Below, piece by piece: positions 1 to 8,837 of a stretch of DNA of 64,000 nt (position 1 is the stretch's first letter; every line of letters begins with the position of its first letter). Below the pieces are notes generated by a model, which saw only the letters and a list, made by a program, of their open reading frames with translations, did not search any database and was not told the origin of the DNA. The DNA comes from Eubacteriales bacterium (GTDB lineage: Bacteria > Bacillota > Clostridia > Oscillospirales > CAG-272), in the NCBI GenBank assembly GCA_045540115.1, contig JAZQGR010000066.1, forward strand, positions 12,354 through 76,353. Direction: 5' to 3'. The position numbers and the translations under genes were made by a program.

Positions 1-432
1 ATAAACGGTCTTGATACCGACGGCATGAGGATAATGCGCGAAATACTGACCGAGATCACCGAAAAATACGGCTGCACCGTTCTTATTTCCTCGCACGTTC
101 TCGGCGAGCTTGAAAAGATTGCAACGCACTACGGTGTTATCCGTCAGGGCAAGATGATAATGGAAATTTCCGCAAAGGAAATGGACAGCCGCGCTCAGGT
201 ATTCGCGTCGGTCAAAACGCCCGATATGAAGGGCGCCCTGGCACTTCTTAAGGAAAAATACGGCGACGTCCGCCTCGACGGCGAATATATCAGGGTTTAC
301 GACGTCGACGATACCGCCGAGATCGCGGGCTGCCTTATGGAAAACGGTCACGGAGTGAGTGAGCTCCGCAAAAATAAGATAGGTCTTGAGGAATACTATG
401 TCGAGCTTATGTCGGGCAAGGAGGGAAAGTGA
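1..432 (+). CDS. ABC transporter ATP-binding protein, C-terminal part (truncated by window edge)
   Basis: Frame open from base 1 (INGLDTDGMRIMRE..); H-loop ISSH; C-terminal LEEYY; paralog of 1274..2182. Confidence 0.9.
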   Translation: MNGLDTDGMRIMREILTEITEKYGCTVLISSHVLGELEKIATHYGVIRQGKMIMEISAKEMDSRAQVFASVKTPDMKGALALLKEKYGDVRLDGEYIRVYDVDDTAEIAGCLMENGHGVSELRKNKIGLEEYYVELMSGKEGK

Positions 433-433
433 T

Positions 434-1270
434 ATGACGAAGGAGCTTAAATTCAAAGAGCCGAGCTTCGGAGAAAGAATAAAGGGAATGCTCGGTGTCG
501 ATTTTTACCGCCTTTTCCACACCCCGATGTTCTACATTTTCCTCGCCATCGCTGCGATAATTCCCGCGATGGTGTCGGCGATGACTATGATGCCCGATCA
601 GAACGGCGAGGTAATGAAGCCGCTTTACTCTAACGTATGGCAGATAATGGCGGCGTCGGAGCCTCTTTACGTAATTAAGAGCATTGCCGACTATGCGAAT
701 ATGAATATGGTCTTCATTTTCGGCGGAATAATGGTCTCGATCTTCATCGGTCACGACTATAAGAGCGGCTACGTCAAGCAGCTTTTTACCACACACGCGA
801 AAAAGCAGGACTATATGATCTCGAAAACTGTGGTTTGTGCCTTTGCGATGGCTTGTATGTGTGTGACATACCTTGTCGGCGGAATCGCGGGCGGCGCTTT
901 TGCGGGATATGATTGGGACGTTAACGTCGGATCGCTTGCGATCGCGCTTGTCGGCAAGATAATAATGTCGCTCGGCTGGGCATCGCTTTACACCTTCCTT
1001 AACGTAATTTTTCGCAGATATTTCGGAATTTCCATCGCGTCGAGCTTCTTTTTCGGTACGGGAATAATCATTATAGGTGCTGCGGCGATCGTTGAGAATC
1101 TGTCGCTCCCGACCTCGTTCCTTAACATTTTCCTTTACGGCTCGTCGGTCAACGCCTGTCTTGTGAGCAATTTGGGGACGCTTGCTACCTGTATCGCGGT
1201 GTCGATCCTCTGGACGGTGGTCTACAATCTGCTCGGAACGGCAGTGCTGTATAGAAGCGACGTTTATTAA
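434..1270 (+). CDS. ABC-2 type transporter permease
   Basis: Multiple TM segments, DYKSGYVKQL motif; ATG at 434 directly after the upstream stop. Confidence 0.85.
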   Translation: MTKELKFKEPSFGERIKGMLGVDFYRLFHTPMFYIFLAIAAIIPAMVSAMTMMPDQNGEVMKPLYSNVWQIMAASEPLYVIKSIADYANMNMVFIFGGIMVSIFIGHDYKSGYVKQLFTTHAKKQDYMISKTVVCAFAMACMCVTYLVGGIAGGAFAGYDWDVNVGSLAIALVGKIIMSLGWASLYTFLNVIFRRYFGISIASSFFFGTGIIIIGAAAIVENLSLPTSFLNIFLYGSSVNACLVSNLGTLATCIAVSILWTVVYNLLGTAVLYRSDVY

Positions 1271-1273
1271 GGG

Positions 1274-2182
1274 GTGAAGATGATGAATGCAGTTGAAATA
1301 AGAAATCTATCGAAGAGCTTCGGTCAGAAGCAAGCCGTCAGCGGTCTTGATATGACGGTGCCGATGGGTGCGATCTACGGCTTTATCGGTGAAAACGGCT
1401 CGGGAAAATCGACGACTGAGAAGATGATATGCGGACTTATCCCGAAGAGCGGCGGATCGATAAAGCTTTACGGCAAGGATCATACCGACGAGGCGGTAAG
1501 AACAAAGGTCGGGGTTCTTATCGAATCCCCCGGATGCTTCCCCTCGCTTACGGTGTTTGACAATATGATGCTTCAGGCATCGAATCTCGGCATCAAAAAT
1601 GCCGAAAGCGAGGTCATCAAGATGCTCAAAACCGTACGAATGGAGGGCGCGGCGGGCAATAAGTATAAAAACTGCTCGCTTGGCATGAAGCAGAGGGTTG
1701 GAATCGCAATGGCGCTTCTCGGAAATCCGACGCTTCTCGTTCTCGACGAGCCGCTGAACGGCCTCGATGCCGACGGAATGAGAATAATGCGAAAGGTATT
1801 TACCGACATTGTCAAGAGCGGCGAGAGAAGTATCATAGTATCGTCGCACCTGCTCGGCGAGCTTCAGAAGGTCGCAACTCACTACGGTATCATCCGACAC
1901 GGCAGAATGATCCGCGAGATGACTGCCGAGGAGCTTGATAATGACTGTCGAACCTATATTGCGCTGAAGGCGGACGATATGGGCAGGGCAAAATATATTC
2001 TTGGAAGCAAGCTCGCGCGCGTGAACGAGGACGAGGAGGGATATATCCGCGTTTACGATCCCGTGACGCCCGAGTCGGTTGCCGCGTACCTTTATAAAAA
2101 CGGCGTGACGGTTACCGAGATAATGACTGATAAGATCGGGCTTGAGGAATACTACATCGATCTTATGAAGGGAGGCAGATGA
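1274..2182 (+). CDS. ABC transporter ATP-binding protein (BcrA/lantibiotic-resistance-like)
   Basis: Walker A GENGSGKST, signature CSLGMKQR, Walker B LLVLDEP, VSSH. Confidence 0.92.
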   Translation: MKMMNAVEIRNLSKSFGQKQAVSGLDMTVPMGAIYGFIGENGSGKSTTEKMICGLIPKSGGSIKLYGKDHTDEAVRTKVGVLIESPGCFPSLTVFDNMMLQASNLGIKNAESEVIKMLKTVRMEGAAGNKYKNCSLGMKQRVGIAMALLGNPTLLVLDEPLNGLDADGMRIMRKVFTDIVKSGERSIIVSSHLLGELQKVATHYGIIRHGRMIREMTAEELDNDCRTYIALKADDMGRAKYILGSKLARVNEDEEGYIRVYDPVTPESVAAYLYKNGVTVTEIMTDKIGLEEYYIDLMKGGR

Positions 2183-2183
2183 G

Positions 2184-3032
2184 ATGGGCACACTTAATTT
2201 TCGTAAGAACAGCTTTGCACAGCGCGTAAAAACGATGATGAAGGTCGATTTTCGAAGAATGATGAAATCGAAAACCTTTTATATAATAATCGCGGTCGCG
2301 CTTCTGACTCCGATCCTTATGACAGTAATGCTGACGATGATGGACGGCAAGGAGCAGGTCAATCCTCAGACGGGAGAGGTCACTGTAATGGAGGGGCCCG
2401 AGAGCGTCTGGGAATCTATCGGAACGCTTCCCGATAAGGAGAAAGCGCCTATTCCCGAGGAGGGTGAAGGCGGAGCAAAGAGCGGTATGGGAGATATGGA
2501 CGTTATGGCGATGTGTAATATTAATATGGCGTTTATGGGCGTCTGCGTTTTCGTATGCCTCTTTATCTCCGACGATTTCAGAAGCGGTTACGCGAAAAAT
2601 CTCTTTACCGTACGCGCAAAGAAGGGTGATTACGTATTTTCCAAAACCGTCTGCGGCTTTATCTGCGGTTCTCTTATGCTGATATTCTACTTTATCGGCG
2701 CACTTCTCGGCGGAGCGGTAAGCGGTCTTTCCTTTGATCTCGGAACGCTCACGATTGGAAATATTGTGATGTGTATGATAGCGAAAATATTCCTTATGCT
2801 CGTGTTCGTTTCGATATTCACGATCATCGCGGTCGCCGCGAAGAGCAAGGCGTGGCTCTCGATCTGCTGCTCGCTCGGCAGCGGAATGCTGCTCTTTATG
2901 ATGGTCGGAATGATAACGCCCCTCGGCTCAACACTGATAAACGTTATTCTGTGTCTTGCCGGCGGCACCCTGTTCGCCTTCGGTCTCGGCGCAGGCGCAA
3001 AGGCGATCCTGAAGAAAACAAGCCTCGTGTAA
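2184..3032 (+). CDS. ABC-2 type transporter permease
   Basis: About 6 TM segments, DDFRSGYAKNL motif; paralog of 434..1270. Confidence 0.85.
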   Translation: MGTLNFRKNSFAQRVKTMMKVDFRRMMKSKTFYIIIAVALLTPILMTVMLTMMDGKEQVNPQTGEVTVMEGPESVWESIGTLPDKEKAPIPEEGEGGAKSGMGDMDVMAMCNINMAFMGVCVFVCLFISDDFRSGYAKNLFTVRAKKGDYVFSKTVCGFICGSLMLIFYFIGALLGGAVSGLSFDLGTLTIGNIVMCMIAKIFLMLVFVSIFTIIAVAAKSKAWLSICCSLGSGMLLFMMVGMITPLGSTLINVILCLAGGTLFAFGLGAGAKAILKKTSLV

Positions 3033-3038
3033 ATAAAC

Positions 3039-3060
3039 AAAAGGCAACGCGTTGCCTTTT
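3039..3060 (+). terminator. Intrinsic terminator-like palindrome
   Basis: AAAAGGCAACGCGTTGCCTTTT perfect palindrome after the stop. Confidence 0.65.
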
Positions 3061-3070
3061 CTGCGGGACG

Positions 3071-3688
3071 TTGTTAGCCTTCCCCAGCGGGGGGAAGGTA
3101 AGAGGTAAACCTCGGATGAGGTGTAGGTTGCGGAGCAACCGTGTGTCAAAGGGATGCAACACCGTTTTTGCGCGGCGGGAGTAAACCCCCGCCCTACAAA
3201 CAACGTATCGGAGCTTCGCCACGTTGTCTTGCCTTCCCCTCAGGGGAAGGGGGACCGCGGTAGCGGTGGATGAGGTGTAGGTTGCGGAGCAACCGTGTTT
3301 TAAAGGCAAAGTAACATCGTTTCAAAATGGACAGTCGAGGACGCCTGTCCCTACAAACAACGTATCGGAGCTTCGCCGCGTTGTTAGCCTTCCCCTTGGG
3401 GAAGGGGGACCACCGAAGGTGGTGGATGAGGTGTCTAAAAAGCGATGCAACATCACACCCTAACACCTCATCCGTCTGCTCCTTCGTCGCAGCCACCTTC
3501 TCCCACTGGAGAAGGTGAATGAACGTGCCGAAGAATCGCCGCGTCGTTAGCCTTCCCCTTGAGGAAGGGGGACCGCGGTAGCGGTGGATGAGGTGTAGGT
3601 TGCGGAGCAACCGTGTTTTAAAGGCAAAGTAACATCGTTTCAAAACGGACAGTCGGGGACGCCTGTCCCTACAAATAACGTGCCGAAC
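3071..3688. repeat. Mosaic REP-like (BIME-like) array, 4 units of ~155-163 bp
   Basis: GCCTTCCCC..GGAAGG..GGATGAGGTG units start at 3077, 3231, 3387, 3550; reverse GTAG-type REPs (..CCCTAC) in units 1, 2, 4; 83 nt identical between 3245-3327 and 3563-3645. Confidence 0.9.
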
Positions 3689-3794
3689 CCTTAAAACCCG
3701 AACAAAATCCTCCGAAAATTCAAAAACGCAAACAAAACGTTAACATTTCCGTGCTATAATATAAAAAATCACCCGAAAACAGGGAGGCAGGATA

Positions 3795-4466
3795 ATGTTT
3801 AAAATATTGGTCGTAGAGGACGATAAGGACCTGAACAAGACCGTCTGCTCGTTTCTTTCCAATAGCGGATACGAGGCGACGGGCTGTCTTAATGCAAACG
3901 AGGCATACGACGCGATGTACGACAATATGTTCGACCTCATAATATCCGACATTATGATGCCGGGGGTTGACGGCTTTGAATTTGCCCGAAACGTAAGAGA
4001 GCTGAATCAGGAGATCCCGATCCTCTTCATGACCGCTAGAGACGATATTGCCTCAAAGCAGAGAGGATTCCGAATCGGTGTCGACGATTATATGGTCAAG
4101 CCGATCGACCTCGACGAGCTGTTTCTGCGTATCGGGGCGCTCCTTCGCCGTGCGAAGATCGCATCGAGCCGAAAGCTCGAGATCGGCTCCTTCGTAATGG
4201 ATGCCGACGAGCACACCGCTTACCTTAGCGGCGAGGAAATTTCACTTACGAACCGCGAGTTCAGTATCTTGTATAAGCTCCTTTCCTACCCGAAAAAGAC
4301 CTTCACACGCACTCAGCTTATGGACGAATTTTGGGACGCAGATACCGAGACCGCGCCGAGAGCTGTCGACGTTTATATGACGAAGCTACGCTCGAAGCTC
4401 TCGGAGTGCGAGGATTTTGAAATTAAGACGGTTCACGGGCTTGGCTACAAGGCGGTGATAAAATGA
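3795..4466 (+). CDS. OmpR-family response regulator (HssR-like)
   Basis: Receiver motifs VEDD, SDIMMP, KP; winged helix with IKTVHGLGY. Confidence 0.95.
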   Translation: MFKILVVEDDKDLNKTVCSFLSNSGYEATGCLNANEAYDAMYDNMFDLIISDIMMPGVDGFEFARNVRELNQEIPILFMTARDDIASKQRGFRIGVDDYMVKPIDLDELFLRIGALLRRAKIASSRKLEIGSFVMDADEHTAYLSGEEISLTNREFSILYKLLSYPKKTFTRTQLMDEFWDADTETAPRAVDVYMTKLRSKLSECEDFEIKTVHGLGYKAVIK

Positions 4467-5530
4467 AAAAGCCGACAGTCAAGGGCGTGCTCAAGTCGGT
4501 CAATAATTTTCTCATATTCTTTCTTACGATCGGCTTTGCGGTCTCCTGCTGTATGATGCTGTTTTTAAGCACGATGGCAAAGTCAATGGATCTGACCTAT
4601 ACGGCAGAAAATATCGAATCGGCGGCGAAGATCACGTTTATAAACGTGCTGATCCTCACCTTTATTTTCGCGACGATCGACCACGTAAGGAGAAAAATCA
4701 ACGTCGACCGCCCCGCAAAAATAATCACCGACACGACCGAAAAGATAATGCAGGGCGATTTTTCCGCGCGCGTTCCGAATATGCACGGCGCGGGTATGGA
4801 CGGCTTCAACCGTATCGGCGCGGCGGTGAATCAGATGGCGTCAGAGCTGAAAAGCGTTGAAACGCTCCGTACCGATTTTATCGCGAACGTGTCGCACGAA
4901 ATGAAAACCCCACTTGCCGTTATGCAGAATTACGGAACGCTTTTGCAGTCTCCGGATCTGAGCGACGAAAAGCGCCTTGAATATGCAAAGGGTGTGACCG
5001 ATGCTTCCCGCCGTATGGCGGATATGATGACGAATATCCTCAAGCTCAACCGCCTCGAAAATCAGCAGATATACCCCGAAATTACCGAGTTTGACCTCGG
5101 TGAGCAGCTTTGCGAATGCCTGCTCAGATATGAGAGCGTGTGGGAAGAATCGGAGATAGAGATCGATACCGATATCGAAGAAAACGTAATGATAAAAGCC
5201 GACGCCGAGCTGCTGAGCCACGTCTGGAGCAATCTGTTTTCAAACGCCTTCAAGTTTACCGATAAGGGCGGACGGGTGTCGGTTTCACTATCCGCAACCG
5301 AGCATCACGCAATCGTCAAGGTGACCGACACGGGCTGCGGAATGACTCCCGAGGTCGGCGCGCATATATTCGAAAAGTTCTATCAGGGAGACACCTCCCA
5401 TTCCGTTCAGGGCAACGGGCTTGGTCTTGCGCTCGTCAAGAGAGTCGTTGACATAATGAAGGGCGAGATAAGTGTCGAAAGCGTGCTCGGAAAGGGAACG
5501 ACCTTTACGGTCAGAATGAGGAGGGCGTAA
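4463..5530 (+). CDS. Sensor histidine kinase (HAMP, HisKA, HATPase)
   Basis: SHEMKTPL H-box, NAFKF N-box, DTGCG, GNGLGL; two N-terminal TMs with a tiny extracellular loop. Confidence 0.95.
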   Translation: MKKPTVKGVLKSVNNFLIFFLTIGFAVSCCMMLFLSTMAKSMDLTYTAENIESAAKITFINVLILTFIFATIDHVRRKINVDRPAKIITDTTEKIMQGDFSARVPNMHGAGMDGFNRIGAAVNQMASELKSVETLRTDFIANVSHEMKTPLAVMQNYGTLLQSPDLSDEKRLEYAKGVTDASRRMADMMTNILKLNRLENQQIYPEITEFDLGEQLCECLLRYESVWEESEIEIDTDIEENVMIKADAELLSHVWSNLFSNAFKFTDKGGRVSVSLSATEHHAIVKVTDTGCGMTPEVGAHIFEKFYQGDTSHSVQGNGLGLALVKRVVDIMKGEISVESVLGKGTTFTVRMRRA

Positions 5531-6414
5531 TGAACCTGAAAAAGCTTGGGCTCAAGCTCCTGTTTCCGCATATCGCGCTGATGATATTGCTTGTCCCCGT
5601 GTCGACGGCGGCTCTCGTCTGCTCGATGGTTTTTCTGGGGAAGACCTCGGCAGTCTCGATAATCTCCTACGTCCTGTCGGCTTATACGCTGACGGTCTGG
5701 TGCTTCAAGATACCGTATCTGATTCGTTTTTTCAAGAAATTCAAAAACGAAAACAAATATATCGCGGTCTGGCGGGGTGATGCGAACCTGAGAGTGAATA
5801 TCTCTCTTTACGGCACGCTGATATTCAATACCGCCTACGCCGCGCTTCAGCTCGGAATGGGCATCCGTCACAGATCGTTCTGGTTCACCTCGCTGTCCTG
5901 CTACTACATCTTTCTTGCCGCGATGCGCTTCTTTCTTCTGCGCCACACAAGAAAAAACAAGCCGGGCGAATACCTTGAAGCCGAGCTTCGCAAGACGCGT
6001 GCGTGCGGCGTGGTGCTGCTGACGATGAACCTCGCGCTTGCGCTCATGATCTTCTTTATGGTCTATTGGAACAGGACCTTTATTCACCACGAAATCACAA
6101 CGATATCGCTTGCGGCATACACATTCACCTCGTTCACGCTCGCCATCGTGAATATCGTGAAGTACCGCAAGTACGAAAGCCCCGTTTACACGGCATCAAA
6201 GGCAATTTCGCTCGCGGCGGCGTGCGTTTCGATGCTGACGCTTGAATCGACGATGCTGACTACTTTCGGCACCGAATCGCTCAGCCTGACTGAAAGGAGA
6301 TTATTCCTCGGTCTGAGCGGCGGCGCGATCTCGGCGTTTATCATCGCGATGGCAATATATATGATCGTTAAGGTAACGAAATCACTTAAGCGGCTCAAAG
6401 CCGTCAAGGAGTAA
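5530..6414 (+). CDS. Hypothetical multi-pass membrane protein
   Basis: About 8 hydrophobic segments; start overlaps the HK stop. Confidence 0.8.
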   Translation: MNLKKLGLKLLFPHIALMILLVPVSTAALVCSMVFLGKTSAVSIISYVLSAYTLTVWCFKIPYLIRFFKKFKNENKYIAVWRGDANLRVNISLYGTLIFNTAYAALQLGMGIRHRSFWFTSLSCYYIFLAAMRFFLLRHTRKNKPGEYLEAELRKTRACGVVLLTMNLALALMIFFMVYWNRTFIHHEITTISLAAYTFTSFTLAIVNIVKYRKYESPVYTASKAISLAAACVSMLTLESTMLTTFGTESLSLTERRLFLGLSGGAISAFIIAMAIYMIVKVTKSLKRLKAVKE

Positions 6415-6417
6415 AAA

Positions 6418-6822
6418 ATGGAAAACAAAGAAACCTTTAACTATACCTACTCCGCAAAGGAGCAGGACGAAATAAAGGCGATCCGTAAAAAATACGAGAA
6501 GCCGATCGAGGTCGAGGATAAAATGTCGGCGCTTCGCCGCCTTGACGCGTCGGTGACTAAAAAGGCTACCGTTGTTTCGCTGATATTCGGTATAATCGGC
6601 GCGCTTGTGATGGGCTCGGGAATGAGCCTCGCGATGGAAAAAACCTTTGCGGAATTTCTCGGAATGGGAGAAACGACCGCGATGCTCGTCGGAATATCCG
6701 TCGGCGTTGTCGGGATCATCCTCGTCGCGCTTGCGTATCCGATATATAACGGTATCGTAAAAAGGGAGCGCGAAAGGATCGCCCCCGAGATCATCCGCCT
6801 GACCGATGAGCTGATGAAATGA
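6418..6822 (+). CDS. Conserved small membrane protein (2 TM)
   Basis: AGGAG RBS; FNYTYSAKEQDEIKAIRKKY N-terminus; two TMs. Confidence 0.8.
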   Translation: MENKETFNYTYSAKEQDEIKAIRKKYEKPIEVEDKMSALRRLDASVTKKATVVSLIFGIIGALVMGSGMSLAMEKTFAEFLGMGETTAMLVGISVGVVGIILVALAYPIYNGIVKRERERIAPEIIRLTDELMK

Positions 6823-6827
6823 AAGAG

Positions 6828-6856
6828 AAAAGCACCTGCCGAAGCAGGTGCTTTTT
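6828..6856 (+). terminator. Intrinsic terminator
   Basis: AAAAGCACCTGC-CGAA-GCAGGTGCTTTTT. Confidence 0.85.
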
Positions 6857-6918
6857 AGATAAAAGAGAATAATGAATAGATAATAAATAATAAAATAATT
6901 GGCGTGAGAACAGGGGCG

Positions 6919-7308
6919 TTATCTTGCCTTCCCCTCAGGGGGAAGTTAAGAGGCGGAGCCTCGGATGAGGTGTTCCAAAGGGATGTAACATCTTTTTACG
7001 CGGGCTCCTCCACCGCCTACGGCGGAGCCCCCTTTGCACAAGGGAGCCTAAGAACGCAGCGAAGCGTCGGGACGTTATCTTGCCTTCCCCTCAGGGGAAG
7101 GTGCTGAACGAAGTGAAGCGGATGAGGTGTAGGCGGCAACGCCGCCGTGTGCCTCGCCCTTCGGGAGAGGTGGCACGAAGTGCCGGAGAGGGTGTTAAAA
7201 ACGATGTAACACCGTTTTTACGTGGGCTCCTCACCGCCTTCGGCGGAGCCCCCTCCCGGAGGGAGCCTAAGAACGTTGCGAAGTATTGGGGTGTTGTCTT
7301 GCCTTCCC
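6919..7308. repeat. Mosaic REP-like array, same family as 3071..3688
   Basis: GCCTTCCCCTCAGGGG.. at 6926 and 7082 (period 156), GGATGAGGTG, GATGTAACA spacer motif, two copies of GGGCTCCTC..GGCGGAGCCCC..GGGAGCCTAAGAACG. Confidence 0.85.
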
Positions 7309-7314
7309 GCGATA

Positions 7315-7342
7315 TTGACATTTCGCGGAGGTATGATATAAT
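7315..7342 (+). promoter_or_regulatory. Sigma-A promoter
   Basis: TTGACA-16nt-TATAAT with TG extension. Confidence 0.75.
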
Positions 7343-7386
7343 AAAATCAAGCTAACACAAGGCGCATTCAAAAAAGGAGTCTGTAT

Positions 7387-7665
7387 ATGTTTATTATAAG
7401 ATTGATAATCGGTCTGTTAGGACAATTTTTTACGATTTTTCTCTTTTTCGGTATTCCGATATTGACGGTAGGTTTTTTTATCAAAAGCTTATACGGATAT
7501 ATAAAAGCAAGAAAAACAAACAAAGAGATTCCCGACACGTTTCCTGCTGAAGAAATGAAAAAGCGGCTCGTCCGTTTGGTAGTTTCATCAATTATGATGG
7601 GCGTACTTGTAGCGGCGGTGATCGGTGTTATCTGGCTGATGTATATGGCGGCCGCATATATGTGA
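7387..7665 (+). CDS. Small membrane protein
   Basis: AAGGAG RBS, two TM segments. Confidence 0.75.
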   Translation: MFIIRLIIGLLGQFFTIFLFFGIPILTVGFFIKSLYGYIKARKTNKEIPDTFPAEEMKKRLVRLVVSSIMMGVLVAAVIGVIWLMYMAAAYM

Positions 7666-7672
7666 GGTGGCT

Positions 7673-7813
7673 ATGAAAAACCGAACCTATTACACTGTAC
7701 TTTTCGCCGTGCTCGGAATTTGTGTCGCTTTGACCGTTGCTCACCTTATCTACGCAATCTACGCATACGAGCATTGCTCCATTATCTACTTTATAGGGAA
7801 GGAGCTGTGGTAA
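7673..7813 (+). CDS. 46-aa membrane peptide (absent from ORF track)
   Basis: GAGGTGG RBS; MKNRTYYTVLFAVLGICVALTVAHLIYAIYAYEHCSIIYFIGKELW*; stop abuts the next ATG. Confidence 0.7.
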   Translation: MKNRTYYTVLFAVLGICVALTVAHLIYAIYAYEHCSIIYFIGKELW

Positions 7814-8800
7814 ATGAAATTGCGTAAGCAGATAATTTCGATCATTCTTCTGATAGCGGTATTTGCGGTTTTTAATTTCAGTATGTATATGCTGCTCACA
7901 CGTCGGCTGTCAAACAATTTCAGCGATGCAACAAGGGCGCAGATGGTCGACGTCGGAAGGTATCTGCCGCATAACGAAAGCTCCGATCTTCCGAAGATAG
8001 AGACTTCCTTTAAGCTTGAAGAGGATCTCCCCGTGCTTGACGGTGCGGCGGCGCTCGTTCCCGTTTACGCGGGGGTAATACATAACGTCTATCCCGAGGG
8101 CTGTGTCACTTACGAGGGCGGAAAATTCTCGGACGATAATTTTTACGGCGAAAACTTCGCCCCCGACAGCGCGATGCAGTATAAGAATACCGTGCGCGGA
8201 TATAAGGCGATAGTCGACGGCGAGACCGACGTTCTTTTCTGTGCGGCACCGTCGGAGGAGCAGAAAAAATATGCGTCAGAAAAGGGCGTGGAGCTTGTTT
8301 ACGTTCCGATCGGGCTTGAGGGCTTCGTTTTCTTCGTGAATGAGAAAAACCCCGTCGATAACCTGACGGTCGATCAGATAAGAAAGATCTATTCCTGTAA
8401 ATATACAAACTGGAAGGACGTCGGCGGCGCAAACCGTATAATCAATCCCGTAACGAGGCTGAAGGGAAGCGGAAGCCAGACGGCGTTTGAAGCGTTTATG
8501 GGAGATCATAAGATCGGGAAAAAATCCCCGTTTGCGATCACGGGCGCCTCGATCGGCTTTTCCTTCAGGTACTATATGGACGGCATCGTCGGAAACGATT
8601 CTGTGAAGATGCTTTCGCTCAACGGCGTATATCCGAGTGCCGAAAATATCAGGAACAGAAGCTATCCTGTCGTCGTGCAGTTCTACGCCATTTACAGAGC
8701 GGATAACGATAACGAAAATATTCCCGCGCTGATCGAATGGCTCTTGTCGGACGAGGGGCAAAGCCTTATAGAAAAGACGGGATACGTCAGAATCAAGTAA
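7814..8800 (+). CDS. PstS-like (PBP superfamily) substrate-binding domain protein
   Basis: LDGAAALVPVY, PIGLEGFVFFVN, GSGSQT, IGFSFRYY motifs; N-terminal TM. Confidence 0.85.
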   Translation: MKLRKQIISIILLIAVFAVFNFSMYMLLTRRLSNNFSDATRAQMVDVGRYLPHNESSDLPKIETSFKLEEDLPVLDGAAALVPVYAGVIHNVYPEGCVTYEGGKFSDDNFYGENFAPDSAMQYKNTVRGYKAIVDGETDVLFCAAPSEEQKKYASEKGVELVYVPIGLEGFVFFVNEKNPVDNLTVDQIRKIYSCKYTNWKDVGGANRIINPVTRLKGSGSQTAFEAFMGDHKIGKKSPFAITGASIGFSFRYYMDGIVGNDSVKMLSLNGVYPSAENIRNRSYPVVVQFYAIYRADNDNENIPALIEWLLSDEGQSLIEKTGYVRIK

Positions 8801-8837
8801 TGTCATTTTGCGTTTTTACGCTGAAAGGACGGTAAAT

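Noticed and set aside
2771-3643. ORFs spanning the repeat arrays (2771..3184, 2944..3309, 3194..3643; also 6904..7355, 11188..11674, 14414..14756, 28250..28471)
   Set aside because: Translations of palindromic repeats with recurring pseudo-motifs, no RBS and no protein family
3071-3688. Possible CRISPR array
   Set aside because: Period ~155 bp, degenerate repeats, intervening sequences themselves repeated, and no cas genes; fits REP/BIME-like repeats
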